A program made the position numbers and the translations under genes. Source: an uncultured Cytophagales bacterium (GTDB taxonomy: Bacteria > Bacteroidota > Bacteroidia > Cytophagales > Thermonemataceae). Taken from it: a stretch of 64,000 bases of DNA. Numbering within the stretch: position 1 is the first letter of the stretch; each line of letters starts with the position of its first letter. Location: the NCBI GenBank assembly GCA_938002655.1, contig CALLAC010000002.1, positions 20,823 through 84,822 of the forward strand. The letters run 5' to 3'. A model generated the notes under the pieces. It searched no databases and was not told the origin of the DNA. It saw only the letters and a list, made by a program, of their open reading frames with translations. Of the stretch, positions 9,372-19,188 are shown in pieces.

Positions 9372-10487
9372 TTACTTTTTCAGAAAATGTGGGATAAGTT
9401 GGCCGATTCGCTCGGCGGCTTTGCCGTCCCAAAGTGGAATAGGAAAAGCTTTTTTGTATTTTCCTTGCTCTATTTCGCTAATTTTAGCGAAAAGCAATTC
9501 GTAATCATCACCGATAAGCGTATTAGAGCCTTTTTCTATGGTGATGGGACGTTCTGTGTTTTTCCGTAAGGTCAGGCAAGGTATTTGCAAAAATGTACTC
9601 TCTTCTTGTATGCCCCCAGAATCGGTAAGTATGCAAAAGGCATTTTTTTGCAAACAGATAAAATCAAAATAGCTTAAAGGTGCTACTATCAACATTTTTT
9701 CAGGAATTTTATCTAAAATGCTATGTTCTTGTAGCTGTTTTTGCGTACGCGGATGTAGTGGGAGAATCAAGTAATATGTTTGAGCTATTTCTTTGAAAAC
9801 TTCAAAAAGCCGCTTCAAAGCAGAAGGAGTATCTACATTAGAAGGGCGATGCACAGTAGATAATATAAACTTTTGACAATCGATTTTTTGTAAAATTTCT
9901 TGGGCTTTTTTCGTATATTCCAATTTTTCTTCGATGAGTTTGAGAGCCAAACAAAGGCTATCAATCATGATATTGCCTACCAAAAAAATTTTATCAGCAC
10001 TGATACCTTCTTTCAACAGATTTTGATTGGCATCTTCCGAAGGAGTAAGCAGTACATCGGCAACGCTATCGGTTAGCACACGATTGATTTCTTCGGGCAT
10101 TTGGCGGTCGTAACTACGTAAGCCAGCTTCAACGTGTGCTACACGGATGCCCATCTTTACACAAACCAGTGTTGCCGCCAGAGTAGAATTGACATCTCCA
10201 TAAACCACTACTAGCTCGGGTTTATCATTGAGTAGGCATTGCTCTAGTGCGAGCATGGCATTGGCTGTTTGTTGCGTATGCGTGCCTGAACCAACGCCCA
10301 GATTGTAATCGGGTGTAGGGATTTCTAGCTGTTGAAAAAAGATATCAGACATCATCGCATCGTAATGCTGCCCAGTATGAATAATTTTCTGCTTGATATT
10401 TTCTTTCCAAACAAGATTTTTGTAAAGAGGTGCTAATTTCATAAAATTGGGCCGTGCCCCTACGATGTGAAAAATATTACTGCTCAT
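9372..10487 (-). CDS. wecB: UDP-N-acetylglucosamine 2-epimerase (non-hydrolysing)
   Basis: GARPNFMK, HTGQHYD, VYGDVNST, HVEAGLRS, HRPSNVD, TDSGGIQEE and TERP motifs. Confidence 0.93.
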   Translation of the reverse strand: MSSNIFHIVGARPNFMKLAPLYKNLVWKENIKQKIIHTGQHYDAMMSDIFFQQLEIPTPDYNLGVGSGTHTQQTANAMLALEQCLLNDKPELVVVYGDVNSTLAATLVCVKMGIRVAHVEAGLRSYDRQMPEEINRVLTDSVADVLLTPSEDANQNLLKEGISADKIFLVGNIMIDSLCLALKLIEEKLEYTKKAQEILQKIDCQKFILSTVHRPSNVDTPSALKRLFEVFKEIAQTYYLILPLHPRTQKQLQEHSILDKIPEKMLIVAPLSYFDFICLQKNAFCILTDSGGIQEESTFLQIPCLTLRKNTERPITIEKGSNTLIGDDYELLFAKISEIEQGKYKKAFPIPLWDGKAAERIGQLIPHFLKK

Positions 10488-11715
10488 ATTTTAGCTGATA
10501 ACGATTTTGTGTAACGGCATTAAAACATTCAACAAACTTTGTAGCTACGGTATGAATATTGATTTTATTTTCGATAAGGCTTTCAGCATTTTTACCCATT
10601 TGCTTTGTAAGAGTCTTGTTTGTAAAGCAAAATAAAATTTTTTCTGCCAAATCTTTGGCATCATTTTCCTTAAAGTACAAGCCTGTTTGATAGTCAATAA
10701 CTAAATCTTTTTCTGTACCATCGGCTACTGAGCAAATTACGGGTTTGCCAAAAGCCATTGCATCGTTGATAGAAAGCCCTCCTGCTCCTGCAAGTACGTA
10801 TACTGTAGAACGCATCAAATACTTTCCGAGCTGTTCGGAATCATGAACTGCTCCCAAAAAGAAAACTTTATCAGCTATTCCTAAACGCTCGGCTTGCTTT
10901 TGCAGAGATTCTTTTTCAGGACCATCACCTACAATAAGCAATTCGGCTTTGGCAATTTGTTTTTGTACTATAAAAAAAGCTTCTATGAGCAAATCTACTT
11001 TTTTCCATTTGACAAGCCTTCCGATATGAATAACTCGCTCTGAGCCAGTATCGTTGAAATTATTTTCTGCAAGTAGTTTATTTTTTATTCTGAAAAGCTC
11101 ATCGGTATCACCTGAATTGTAGGTTACAAAAATTTTTTCTCTGGGCACACCATAGCTTGTAAGTATTTCATACGCAAGTGTAGTATAATTGAGATGAGCA
11201 TCTACCCAACGAAAATACCATTTATTGATTTCTGTAATGAGCCAATATTTAATTTTCTTTTTGAGCGTATCGGCTCTGATAAGATTCATATTTTCATCAT
11301 AAAATCCTTTTTGAGCATAAAATTGACTTGCTTCTTTATAACGTGGCACTTGGTAGGGTATGCTTCGGTAAATTGTTTTCACTTTGTTTTTTTTCAGCCA
11401 CCAACGCAAAGGAACATCTAAAAAATAACCTAAAATAAAAGGCCAGCCAACTACTACAATCTGTGGCTGTTCTTGCTTCAAAATACTAAGTAAATTTTTC
11501 AGGTATGGCTTTTGCCCTAAAAACAAATATTCTTCGCTATAAATAATCTTAAAAGCACAATGCTGGTAAGTTTCGTATACCCCCTGACCAATCGTTTGGC
11601 TTTTATTTTGCGGTATAACTACACATACATCTAAATTTTTAGTTTTCTCTTGTAGTAAATTCAACAACCTTGCAAGGTAATGAGGCATTCCTCCGAATAT
11701 GAAAATTACTTTCAT
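10477..11715 (-). CDS. Glycosyltransferase family 4 (GT-B)
   Basis: IGRLVKWKKVDLL, LLIVGDGP and GLSINDAMAFGKPVI motifs; probable start Met 11715; overlaps the wecB start. Confidence 0.88.
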   Translation of the reverse strand: MKVIFIFGGMPHYLARLLNLLQEKTKNLDVCVVIPQNKSQTIGQGVYETYQHCAFKIIYSEEYLFLGQKPYLKNLLSILKQEQPQIVVVGWPFILGYFLDVPLRWWLKKNKVKTIYRSIPYQVPRYKEASQFYAQKGFYDENMNLIRADTLKKKIKYWLITEINKWYFRWVDAHLNYTTLAYEILTSYGVPREKIFVTYNSGDTDELFRIKNKLLAENNFNDTGSERVIHIGRLVKWKKVDLLIEAFFIVQKQIAKAELLIVGDGPEKESLQKQAERLGIADKVFFLGAVHDSEQLGKYLMRSTVYVLAGAGGLSINDAMAFGKPVICSVADGTEKDLVIDYQTGLYFKENDAKDLAEKILFCFTNKTLTKQMGKNAESLIENKINIHTVATKFVECFNAVTQNRYQLKYEQ

Positions 11716-11802
11716 TAAAACAATTTTTGGCAAAACTCAATCAAACAATCATAAAATTAGAAAAAAATAATAGCATTCTTTGAATGCCCTTTACTTTTCT
11801 GC

Positions 11803-11810
11803 TAATTTTG
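11803..11810 (+). promoter_or_regulatory. Bacteroidota housekeeping promoter -7 element for folD
   Basis: TAATTTTG (TAnnTTTG) at 11803-11810, with TTTG at 11779-11782 and a 20-nt spacer. Confidence 0.6.
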
Positions 11811-11833
11811 CAAATTTAGAAAATAAAATCGCT

Positions 11834-12727
11834 ATGATACTTTTAGATGGCAAAAAAATTTCTGCTGAAATCAAAGCAGAACTCAAAAAAGAAATAGAAA
11901 AAATCAAAGCGAGTGGGGGGAAAATTCCCCATTTGGCGGCAATCCTTGTGGGCAATGACGGAGCAAGTGAAACCTACGTCAAAAGCAAAGTAAAATCTTG
12001 CCAAGAAGTAGGCTTTCATTCTACGCTTTTACGTCTGAAAGCCGATATTTCCGAAGCGGCTCTGCTCGCTGAAATTCAAAAAATGAATCAAAACCCCGAA
12101 ATTGATGGCTTCATCGTACAATTACCCTTGCCCAAACATATCTCAGAAAATAAAATCATTGAAAACATTGCTCCTGAAAAAGATGTGGATGGCTTTCACC
12201 CCATCAATATCGGTAGAATGACTAAAAACTTACCTGCTTATATTCCTGCTACGCCTTTTGGTATTTTGCAACTCTTGGAACGCTATCAAATTGAAACCAC
12301 AAGCAAACATTGTGTAGTAGTGGGCAGAAGCCATATTGTTGGCTCACCAATAAGTATTTTAATGGCTCGCAATGCCCCTATCGGCAACTGTACCGTAACA
12401 CTCTGCCATAGTAAAACCAAAGATTTAAGCTACTTTACACAAAAAGCCGATATATTGATAGTAGCACTCGGAAAACCTGAATTCATCGAAGCCTATATGG
12501 TAAAAGACGGTGCAGTAGTTGTAGATGTAGGTATCACTCGACTGCCCGATGAAAATTCGGCAAAAGGCTATAAAATCGTAGGAGATGTAAAGTTTGAGGA
12601 GGTTGCCCCTAAATGTAGCTACATCACACCTGTACCTGGCGGAGTAGGACCTATGACTGTTGTTTCACTTCTGCAAAATACTTTGTTTGCGGCAAAAAAA
12701 CAAGTATATCTGCCCAACCCATTTTGA
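11834..12727 (+). CDS. folD: Bifunctional methylenetetrahydrofolate dehydrogenase/cyclohydrolase
   Basis: [41 protein letters not shown] and [11 protein letters not shown] motifs; probable start Met 11834. Confidence 0.96.
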   Translation: MILLDGKKISAEIKAELKKEIEKIKASGGKIPHLAAILVGNDGASETYVKSKVKSCQEVGFHSTLLRLKADISEAALLAEIQKMNQNPEIDGFIVQLPLPKHISENKIIENIAPEKDVDGFHPINIGRMTKNLPAYIPATPFGILQLLERYQIETTSKHCVVVGRSHIVGSPISILMARNAPIGNCTVTLCHSKTKDLSYFTQKADILIVALGKPEFIEAYMVKDGAVVVDVGITRLPDENSAKGYKIVGDVKFEEVAPKCSYITPVPGGVGPMTVVSLLQNTLFAAKKQVYLPNPF

Positions 12728-12793
12728 AAAACCTATTTTTGAAAAACCTATGAGGTTTTTCAAACCTCATAGGTTTCCTAGGTATAGGTTTTC
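12722..12793. repeat. REP-like nested palindrome between convergent folD and hsp20
   Basis: Perfect 15-bp stem AAACCTATGAGGTTT (12744-12758), TTC loop, AAACCTCATAGGTTT (12762-12776); direct repeat TTTTGAAAAACCTAT at 12722 and 12737; outer ATAGGTTTT at 12784-12792. Confidence 0.75.
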
Positions 12794-12800
12794 TAGGTAC

Positions 12801-13244
12801 TTATTTTACTGCTATTTTCTTAACTGAGCTTTCGTAGCCTTTCTTTTTAGCAATTTTGATACTCAAAACGCCATTTTTCAGAGAGGCTTCTACTTTATCG
12901 GGGTCTGCACTTTCAGGAATTTGAAAAATTCTCTGAAAACAAGCGTAGCCAAACTCTCTACGAAGCCAGTTTTTTTCTCTTTCTTCGTTTTGGTACTGCT
13001 TTTCAGAATAAATTCGCAAGTAGCCATCTTGTACTTCTATTTTGATGTCTTTTTTATCTAAGCCAGGTACAGCAACTGACACCTCGTAAGCCTTTTGCTC
13101 CTCGCTGATATTCACCGAAGGTACTAAACCTACTTCTTCATTTTCTTTTACTTCTTTGCCTATTACTTTTCCCCAAAATTTTTCAATTATTGCAGGAAAT
13201 TTAGGCTTGAGATTTTTAGTCCATTTGAGTAAGTCCATAGCCAT
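12801..13244 (-). CDS. Hsp20/alpha-crystallin family small heat-shock protein
   Basis: PSVNISE, VAVPGLDKKDIKIEV, RREFGYACFQRIFQIP and ASLKNGVLSIKIAK motifs. Confidence 0.92.
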   Translation of the reverse strand: MAMDLLKWTKNLKPKFPAIIEKFWGKVIGKEVKENEEVGLVPSVNISEEQKAYEVSVAVPGLDKKDIKIEVQDGYLRIYSEKQYQNEEREKNWLRREFGYACFQRIFQIPESADPDKVEASLKNGVLSIKIAKKKGYESSVKKIAVK

Positions 13245-13278
13245 AGTAATTTAAAGTTTTGGTTTTCGATGTTTTGAA

Positions 13279-13295
13279 ATGCAAAACATATACCG
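13279..13295 (-). promoter_or_regulatory. Possible sigma-54 (-24/-12) promoter for hsp20
   Basis: Minus strand reads CGGTATATGTTTTGCAT (GG-N10-GC with TTGCAT), about 35 nt before the ATG. Confidence 0.4.
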
Positions 13296-13404
13296 TTTCT
13301 CAAATACTTACTTTTGGGCAAAATTTTCAGGCCTTTTGTCAAACAAAATAGACAAATTGTCTTAAATTTTTCTTAAATTGCCATAGTAAACTGACATTTC
13401 GTCT

Positions 13405-15714
13405 ATGTTTCTTTTACGCCGTATTTTTTGGAAAAAAGTGCTTATCAAATCATTCTGGACTTTACTGACTTGCTTCGTACTTTTTCTGATTTTAGATTTT
13501 ATTTTCCCTTTTCGTTTTCATATTCACTATTCGCAGGTGATTTTAGATGAAGAAAATCGCATTTTAGGGGCATTTTTAAGTCCTGATGAAAAATGGCGAA
13601 TGAAAACAGAACTATCAGAAATCAATGAAGATTTGCAAAAAGCCTTTATAGCCAAAGAAGATAATTATTTTTTCTATCATTTTGGTATAAATCCTTTGGC
13701 AGTTGTAAGAGCGATTTTTGACAATTTGCTCTCTCAGAAACGCACCTCAGGGGCTTCTACTATTACTATGCAAGTAGTTCGCCTGCTAAACCCCAAAGCT
13801 CGCACCTATGGAAACAAAATTTTAGAAATGTTTAGAGCTCTACAACTCGAATGGCATTACTCTAAAAGAGAAATTTTACAGATGTATCTCAATTTAGTAC
13901 CTTACGGAGGCAATATAGAAGGCGTAAAATCGGCTTCTGTTTTATATTTTCAAAAGTTACCACAAAATTTGAGTATTGCCGAAATCACTACGCTTGCCAT
14001 TATTCCGAATCGTCCTCGCAGTTTGGCATTAGGAAAAGATAATTTGCTTATCCAAACAGAAAGAAACAAATGGCTAAAAAAATTTGAAAAGAAAGGTATT
14101 TTTGATAAAAAAGAAATTGCCAATGCTTTAAAAGAGCCACTAAATGCACAAAGAAATGAGGCTCCTCGTTTTGCACCACATTGGTGTATTCGATTGGGGC
14201 AAGAGTATCCTAAAAACGAAAATATACGAACCTCTCTACTCCTGCCCTTGCAAAATAAAGTGCAAACACTTGCCGAAAATTATGTAAAAAAACTTCGTTT
14301 GCTTGGGATTGAAAACTTAGCTATTCTGGTTGTAGAAAATAAAACTCGCAAAATTCGGGCATACATTGGCTCCCAAAACTTTGCTGAAAGCCAAGTAGAT
14401 GGCATCACTGCTATACGTTCGCCAGGCAGTACACTCAAACCCTTAGTGTACGCACTCGCTATGGATTTAGGCAAACTCACTCCTAAAACTACTGTTCTCG
14501 ATATTCCTACCGATTGGAACAGCTATGCTCCCGATAATTTCGATAAAAAATTTCGTGGCAAAGTTTCCGTAGAAACTGCTCTTTCGCTCTCGCTCAATAT
14601 TCCTGCCGTTGCTACACTACAAGAAATTTCGGTAGAATATTTCGTAAAAAAGCTCAAACAAGCAGGTTTCAAAACGTTGGGCAAGCAAGAAAAGAAAGTA
14701 GGTCTTTCAATGATTTTGGGCGGATTTGGAACAAATTTAGAAGAACTTACCAGCCTTTACGTTTCTTTGGCCAATAATGGACAATATGCCCCCTTGAATT
14801 TTTTAGCCACCGATAGCACCCAACGCACCGATACAATTATTTCAGCCGTTTCGGCATATAGCTTTACACAAGTGCTTACGCTTACCCAACGCCCCGATTT
14901 GCCTAAAAGCTATCTGAATGCAAAATATAAGCCGCTTATCGCATGGAAAACGGGCACATCTTATGGCAAACGCGATGCTTGGAGCATAGGCTACAATCAA
15001 AAATACACAATAGGTGTCTGGATAGGAAACTTCTCGGGTAAAGGTGTGCCCGAGCTGTCTGGCTCTGAAATGGCTACTCCGCTGCTTTTCGAAATTTTCA
15101 ATGCTCTTGATAAGCAAGGATTGCTACCTCCACCGCCTCCAACAATCTCTTTTCGCTTAGTTTGCACTGAAAGCGGCTTACCACCTAATAGCTTCTGCGA
15201 AAATCAAGTCATCGACTATTATATTCCGTTGGTATCGCCCTCGCAAGTTTGTGAACATCAAAAAGAACTCTATGTTTCGGCAGATGAAAAAATGCAATAT
15301 CTCCCCGACTGCTTGCCCGAAACAGGATATAAAAAGAAATTTTATCCTATCATTTCAGCTCAATTGCAAGCCTACTATGAAGCCGAAAAGATTCCCTATC
15401 TCAAAATACCCCCTCTGCACCCCAGTTGCGAGCGTCATGTGCAAGCTAATCTAAAAAATAAACCTCAAATTATTTCCCCATTAGCCAATAGAACTTACCT
15501 TATGCCCGAAAGCCAAGTTACAGAGCTTATGCTCAAAGCCTACACTCAAAACGATGTAAAAAAACTATATTGGTATATCAACAATAAGTTTTACCAAGAA
15601 GCCAATCCAAATGAAAATGCTTTCTTCAAGCCCAAAATGGGTAAAAATATCATCACTTGCGTTGATGACAAAGGCAGAAGCGAAACCATTAGCATAAGGG
15701 TGGAAAAGGAATAA
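13405..15714 (+). CDS. pbpC: Penicillin-binding protein 1C (transglycosylase + transpeptidase + C-terminal domain)
   Basis: N-terminal TM; GT51 motifs EDNYF, GASTITMQ and RKILEM; transpeptidase SxxK (RSPGSTLKP), SLN and KTG motifs; PBP1C-type C-terminal domain. Confidence 0.92.
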   Translation: MFLLRRIFWKKVLIKSFWTLLTCFVLFLILDFIFPFRFHIHYSQVILDEENRILGAFLSPDEKWRMKTELSEINEDLQKAFIAKEDNYFFYHFGINPLAVVRAIFDNLLSQKRTSGASTITMQVVRLLNPKARTYGNKILEMFRALQLEWHYSKREILQMYLNLVPYGGNIEGVKSASVLYFQKLPQNLSIAEITTLAIIPNRPRSLALGKDNLLIQTERNKWLKKFEKKGIFDKKEIANALKEPLNAQRNEAPRFAPHWCIRLGQEYPKNENIRTSLLLPLQNKVQTLAENYVKKLRLLGIENLAILVVENKTRKIRAYIGSQNFAESQVDGITAIRSPGSTLKPLVYALAMDLGKLTPKTTVLDIPTDWNSYAPDNFDKKFRGKVSVETALSLSLNIPAVATLQEISVEYFVKKLKQAGFKTLGKQEKKVGLSMILGGFGTNLEELTSLYVSLANNGQYAPLNFLATDSTQRTDTIISAVSAYSFTQVLTLTQRPDLPKSYLNAKYKPLIAWKTGTSYGKRDAWSIGYNQKYTIGVWIGNFSGKGVPELSGSEMATPLLFEIFNALDKQGLLPPPPPTISFRLVCTESGLPPNSFCENQVIDYYIPLVSPSQVCEHQKELYVSADEKMQYLPDCLPETGYKKKFYPIISAQLQAYYEAEKIPYLKIPPLHPSCERHVQANLKNKPQIISPLANRTYLMPESQVTELMLKAYTQNDVKKLYWYINNKFYQEANPNENAFFKPKMGKNIITCVDDKGRSETISIRVEKE

Positions 15715-15800
15715 AAAAGTGTATTCAGTAAAATTTATTAAATCTGCCAAAAAGCATACCTTATGCAAGGAGCATCTTTTGCAATAAGAATTACCAGTCA

Positions 15801-16064
15801 ATTAAATCTCCACTCAACTACATTGGTGGAAAATGCAAACTTTTAGACCAAATTTTACCCCTATTTCCTAAAAAAAATAAACACTTTCATCGATTTATTT
15901 GCAGGTGGGTGTATGTAGGTTTGAATGTGAAAGCAGATAAAGTTATCTGCAATGACAATCTGAAATTTTTAGTTGAAATGTACCAAGAATTTCAGAAAAA
16001 TAGCCTTTCAGAAATTTTACAAAACATTGACTTACATCTTGGGCATTTCTTCATAGTCAAATGA
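15801..16064 (+). pseudogene. Remnant of a D12-class (Dam-like) N6-adenine DNA methyltransferase
   Basis: IKSPLNYIGGKCKLLDQILPLFPKK, then in the +1 frame INTFIDLFAGGC, then back in frame VGLNVKADKVICND...; no start codon; stops at 16064. Confidence 0.8.
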
Positions 16065-16176
16065 AATAGAGTAATAGGCCTGCAAAATAAAAAAGCTGTA
16101 CCAAATTAGCAATAAAACTTACTTGACTTTTGTGCATGAAAATACAAATCCCTCAAAAAAAGTTATTTTTGGGCTT

Positions 16177-17373
16177 TCAAAATAAGCTTTCATACACATA
16201 TCCCACAATATCCTCTGCCACTTCTTTTTTACTTTTGAGCGAGAAATCGGTTTTATTGCCGTTTTTATCTAAAATACTGATTTTGTTGGTGTCGTAGGCA
16301 AAACCTGCCCCTTCGTCTTTGAGTGAATTTAACACTACAATATCAAAATTTTTCTTTTTCAGTTTTTGCAGTGCGTTTTCGATTTCATTTTGAGTTTCCA
16401 GGGCAAAACCTACAAAAAATTGATTCTTCTTTTTCTTTTGCCCCAAAGAAAAAGCTATATCTACATTTTTGATAAGTTCCAAAGTAAGTGTTTCGGAGTT
16501 TTTTTTGATTTTTTCAGTAGCTACTTCTTTGGGACGATAGTCAGCTACTGCCGCTGAAAAAATACAAATATCCATCTGTTCTACAAGAGTTTGAGCCACT
16601 TCAAACATCTCTTGTGCAGAGCTAACCTTATAAAAGCTAACTTTTTCGGGTTGAGCAATAGCAGTATTAGCGGCAATCAGATGCACCTCTGCTCCTTTTT
16701 GGGCAAAGCATTCTGCCAAAGCAAATCCCATCTTTCCCGTAGAATGGTTGCTGATAAAACGCACTGGGTCTATGGCTTCACGGGTAGCTCCTGCGGTTAT
16801 CATTACCTTTTTACCTGCAAAAATTTGTTTTTCTTGAAAAAAATTTTCTAAAAAAGCCACAATATGTTCAGGTTCAGCCATTCTTCCTTCGCCTATCAAG
16901 CCACTTGCCAATTCGCCGTATTCAGAGGGTATAATATAATTGCCATAGCTTTCGAGCTTACGCAAGTTTTCTTCGGTAGCGGGGTGCCGATACATATCCA
17001 AATCCATTGCAGGAGCAAAAAATACAGGACAGCGAGCAGAAAAATACGTAGCTGTAAGCAAATTATCGCAAATACCATTGGCACACTTGGCAAGCGTATG
17101 GGCACTAGCAGGAGCCACTACAATTGCATCAGCCCATAAACCCAATTCTACGTGATTGTGCCATATACCTGTTTTATCTTTTACAAAATCAACAAAAACT
17201 GGATTTTTGGAAAGCGTAGCAAGTGTAAGCGGTGTTATAAATTCGGTAGCCCTCTGGCTCATCAGTACTTTTACTTCTACCCCTTTCTTGACAAGCAGAC
17301 GCACCAAAAATGCAGACTTGTAAGCGGCAATACTTGCCGTTACGGCTACAATAATTTTCTTATTCTGCAACAT
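16177..17373 (-). CDS. coaBC: Bifunctional phosphopantothenoylcysteine decarboxylase / phosphopantothenate-cysteine ligase
   Basis: [60 protein letters not shown] and VGFALET motifs. Confidence 0.96.
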   Translation of the reverse strand: MLQNKKIIVAVTASIAAYKSAFLVRLLVKKGVEVKVLMSQRATEFITPLTLATLSKNPVFVDFVKDKTGIWHNHVELGLWADAIVVAPASAHTLAKCANGICDNLLTATYFSARCPVFFAPAMDLDMYRHPATEENLRKLESYGNYIIPSEYGELASGLIGEGRMAEPEHIVAFLENFFQEKQIFAGKKVMITAGATREAIDPVRFISNHSTGKMGFALAECFAQKGAEVHLIAANTAIAQPEKVSFYKVSSAQEMFEVAQTLVEQMDICIFSAAVADYRPKEVATEKIKKNSETLTLELIKNVDIAFSLGQKKKKNQFFVGFALETQNEIENALQKLKKKNFDIVVLNSLKDEGAGFAYDTNKISILDKNGNKTDFSLKSKKEVAEDIVGYVYESLF

Positions 17374-17905
17374 CTACGAAGTTTTTCTCTGCAACGATTT
17401 GAGCGGCTCTTTGCTTTTTCAGTCTTTTGTGTAAAAAAGATAATACTAAGTTTTCAAGTAAAACTTCAATAGGTTTCAAGAGTATCACAATGAAGAGCTT
17501 AAAACCAATACTTACCCACTGATTATCACCAAATTTAGCTTCTATGAATGGCTCTATCAAAATTTCTTCTACCAAAAAAAGTAATAAAGCTAAAAACAAA
17601 ACAATCGTGGTAGCCGTACGACCTGCACGGGCTTGGGTGAGTTCGTCAATGGTCTGTTGGAGTTGTTGGTTTTTGCTATCCAGTTCTCGGTTTTTTTGGT
17701 CTAAAGCCGCATTGGCTTTGTCTAATTTTTTCTGAATTTTGTCGCTTACTTTGGTAATAAGCCTCATTTGCCCGATAGACTCCTCAAAATTGAAAAGCAA
17801 ACGCTTGTATTCCTCTTTCAAATCATGCTCGTGCAAATCTAACTTTTCGGCAATTTGCTTGGCTCTTTGCAACTCATTGACTTCCTTGATGTAAAATTTT
17901 TCCAT
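17360..17905 (-). CDS. Hypothetical protein with coiled coil and two C-terminal transmembrane helices
   Basis: 181-aa ORF with a heptad-like Q/K/L region and two hydrophobic segments; its stop overlaps the coaBC start. Confidence 0.7.
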   Translation of the reverse strand: MEKFYIKEVNELQRAKQIAEKLDLHEHDLKEEYKRLLFNFEESIGQMRLITKVSDKIQKKLDKANAALDQKNRELDSKNQQLQQTIDELTQARAGRTATTIVLFLALLLFLVEEILIEPFIEAKFGDNQWVSIGFKLFIVILLKPIEVLLENLVLSFLHKRLKKQRAAQIVAEKNFVDVAE

Positions 17906-17996
17906 TCAGAAATTTTTTTTTGCAAAGATAGTTTTTATTTGCTTTTTTCGTAATTTCAAAACGAAAAACTTTTGATAACCCTGAAATTTACTTGCT

Positions 17997-18530
17997 ATGA
18001 ACCCTTGGCACGATGTTCCTGTGGGCGATAATCCGCCCGAAATAGTCAATGCTATCATTGAAATCCCCAAAGGTAGCAAAGGAAAGTTTGAAATACATAA
18101 ACCTACAGGCTTGCTGATGCTAGATAGAGTGTTGTTTTCGGCTGTTCATTATCCCGCAAATTATGGCTTTATACCACAAACCTATTGCGACGATAAAGAC
18201 CCACTCGATATTTTAGTGATTATGTCGATTGATTTACCTCATTTATGTATGGTTGATGCCAAAGTAATCGGTGTAATGCGAATGATAGACCAAGGCGAAG
18301 CTGACGATAAAATCATTGCCGTAGCCCGCTACGATATGAGTGTCAATTATATCAACGACATCAGCCAACTCCCTCCCCACACTACCGTTGAAATACGACG
18401 CTTTTTTGAAGATTACAAAAAACTTGAAAACAAAAACGTGATTGTAGAAGAATTTTTAGGTAAAGCCGAAGCTATGCAAATTGTGCAAGAAAGCATAGAG
18501 CTCTATCAAAAAACTTTTTGCAAACAATGA
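17997..18530 (+). CDS. ppa: Inorganic pyrophosphatase, family I
   Basis: [41 protein letters not shown] and FFEDYKKLE motifs. Confidence 0.95.
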   Translation: MNPWHDVPVGDNPPEIVNAIIEIPKGSKGKFEIHKPTGLLMLDRVLFSAVHYPANYGFIPQTYCDDKDPLDILVIMSIDLPHLCMVDAKVIGVMRMIDQGEADDKIIAVARYDMSVNYINDISQLPPHTTVEIRRFFEDYKKLENKNVIVEEFLGKAEAMQIVQESIELYQKTFCKQ

Positions 18531-19125
18531 AACCTATTACAAGCCTTTCGGATTTAGATTTGAATAGTATTTACACTTGCGCCGATTATCTGAATTGGCA
18601 TTTAAAGCAGGCTGTGGAGCTTATCAAAGGAAAAATTTTCCCTGTGCCTCCTGCTCCAAGTATGAAACCCCAAAGAATATCTTGGCAAATCTCTTATTTT
18701 ATTGCTGATTTCTTGAAAAATAAGGAATGTAGAGCCTTTTCCACACCTTTTCATGTTTGCCTGCTCGATAAACAAAAATCTAAAGAAGCCTATACCGTTG
18801 TTCGGCCTGATATTTCCATGATTTGCAATAAAAACAAATTATTAGATGAAAGAGACCGTTTGGGCTCACCCGAATTGTAGAGATTCTCTCTTTGGGAAGT
18901 TCTAAAAAAGAAATGAAAATCAAGTATCAACTTTACGGAGAGGCAGGTGTAAAAGAACATTGGGTGGTTTATCCTTACGAGAAAAGCGTGCTTCAATTCG
19001 TTTTAGACGTAAAAACCGATAAATTTTATCTTAAAGCCACTTTCGCCAAAGATGAAATGCTTGTTTTGCACATTTTCCCCGATTTATAAATTGATCTGGC
19101 AAAAGTTTTTGAAGATTGTATTTAG
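18527..19125 (+). pseudogene. Uma2-family (PD-(D/E)xK) endonuclease pseudogene
   Basis: Two ORFs (18518-18880 and 18892-19089) join into one Uma2-like protein (ELIKGKI...PAP...VVRPDI...GSPE / IVEILS...KYQLYGEAGVKEHWVVYP). Frameshift near 18870-18878; in-frame TAA at 19087 before IDLAKVFED. Confidence 0.8.
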
Positions 19126-19188
19126 TTGATGCTTTCAAAGAAAAAATCTATTGTTACCGTATTTTAAACCCTGTAAAAGCATAGTCTC

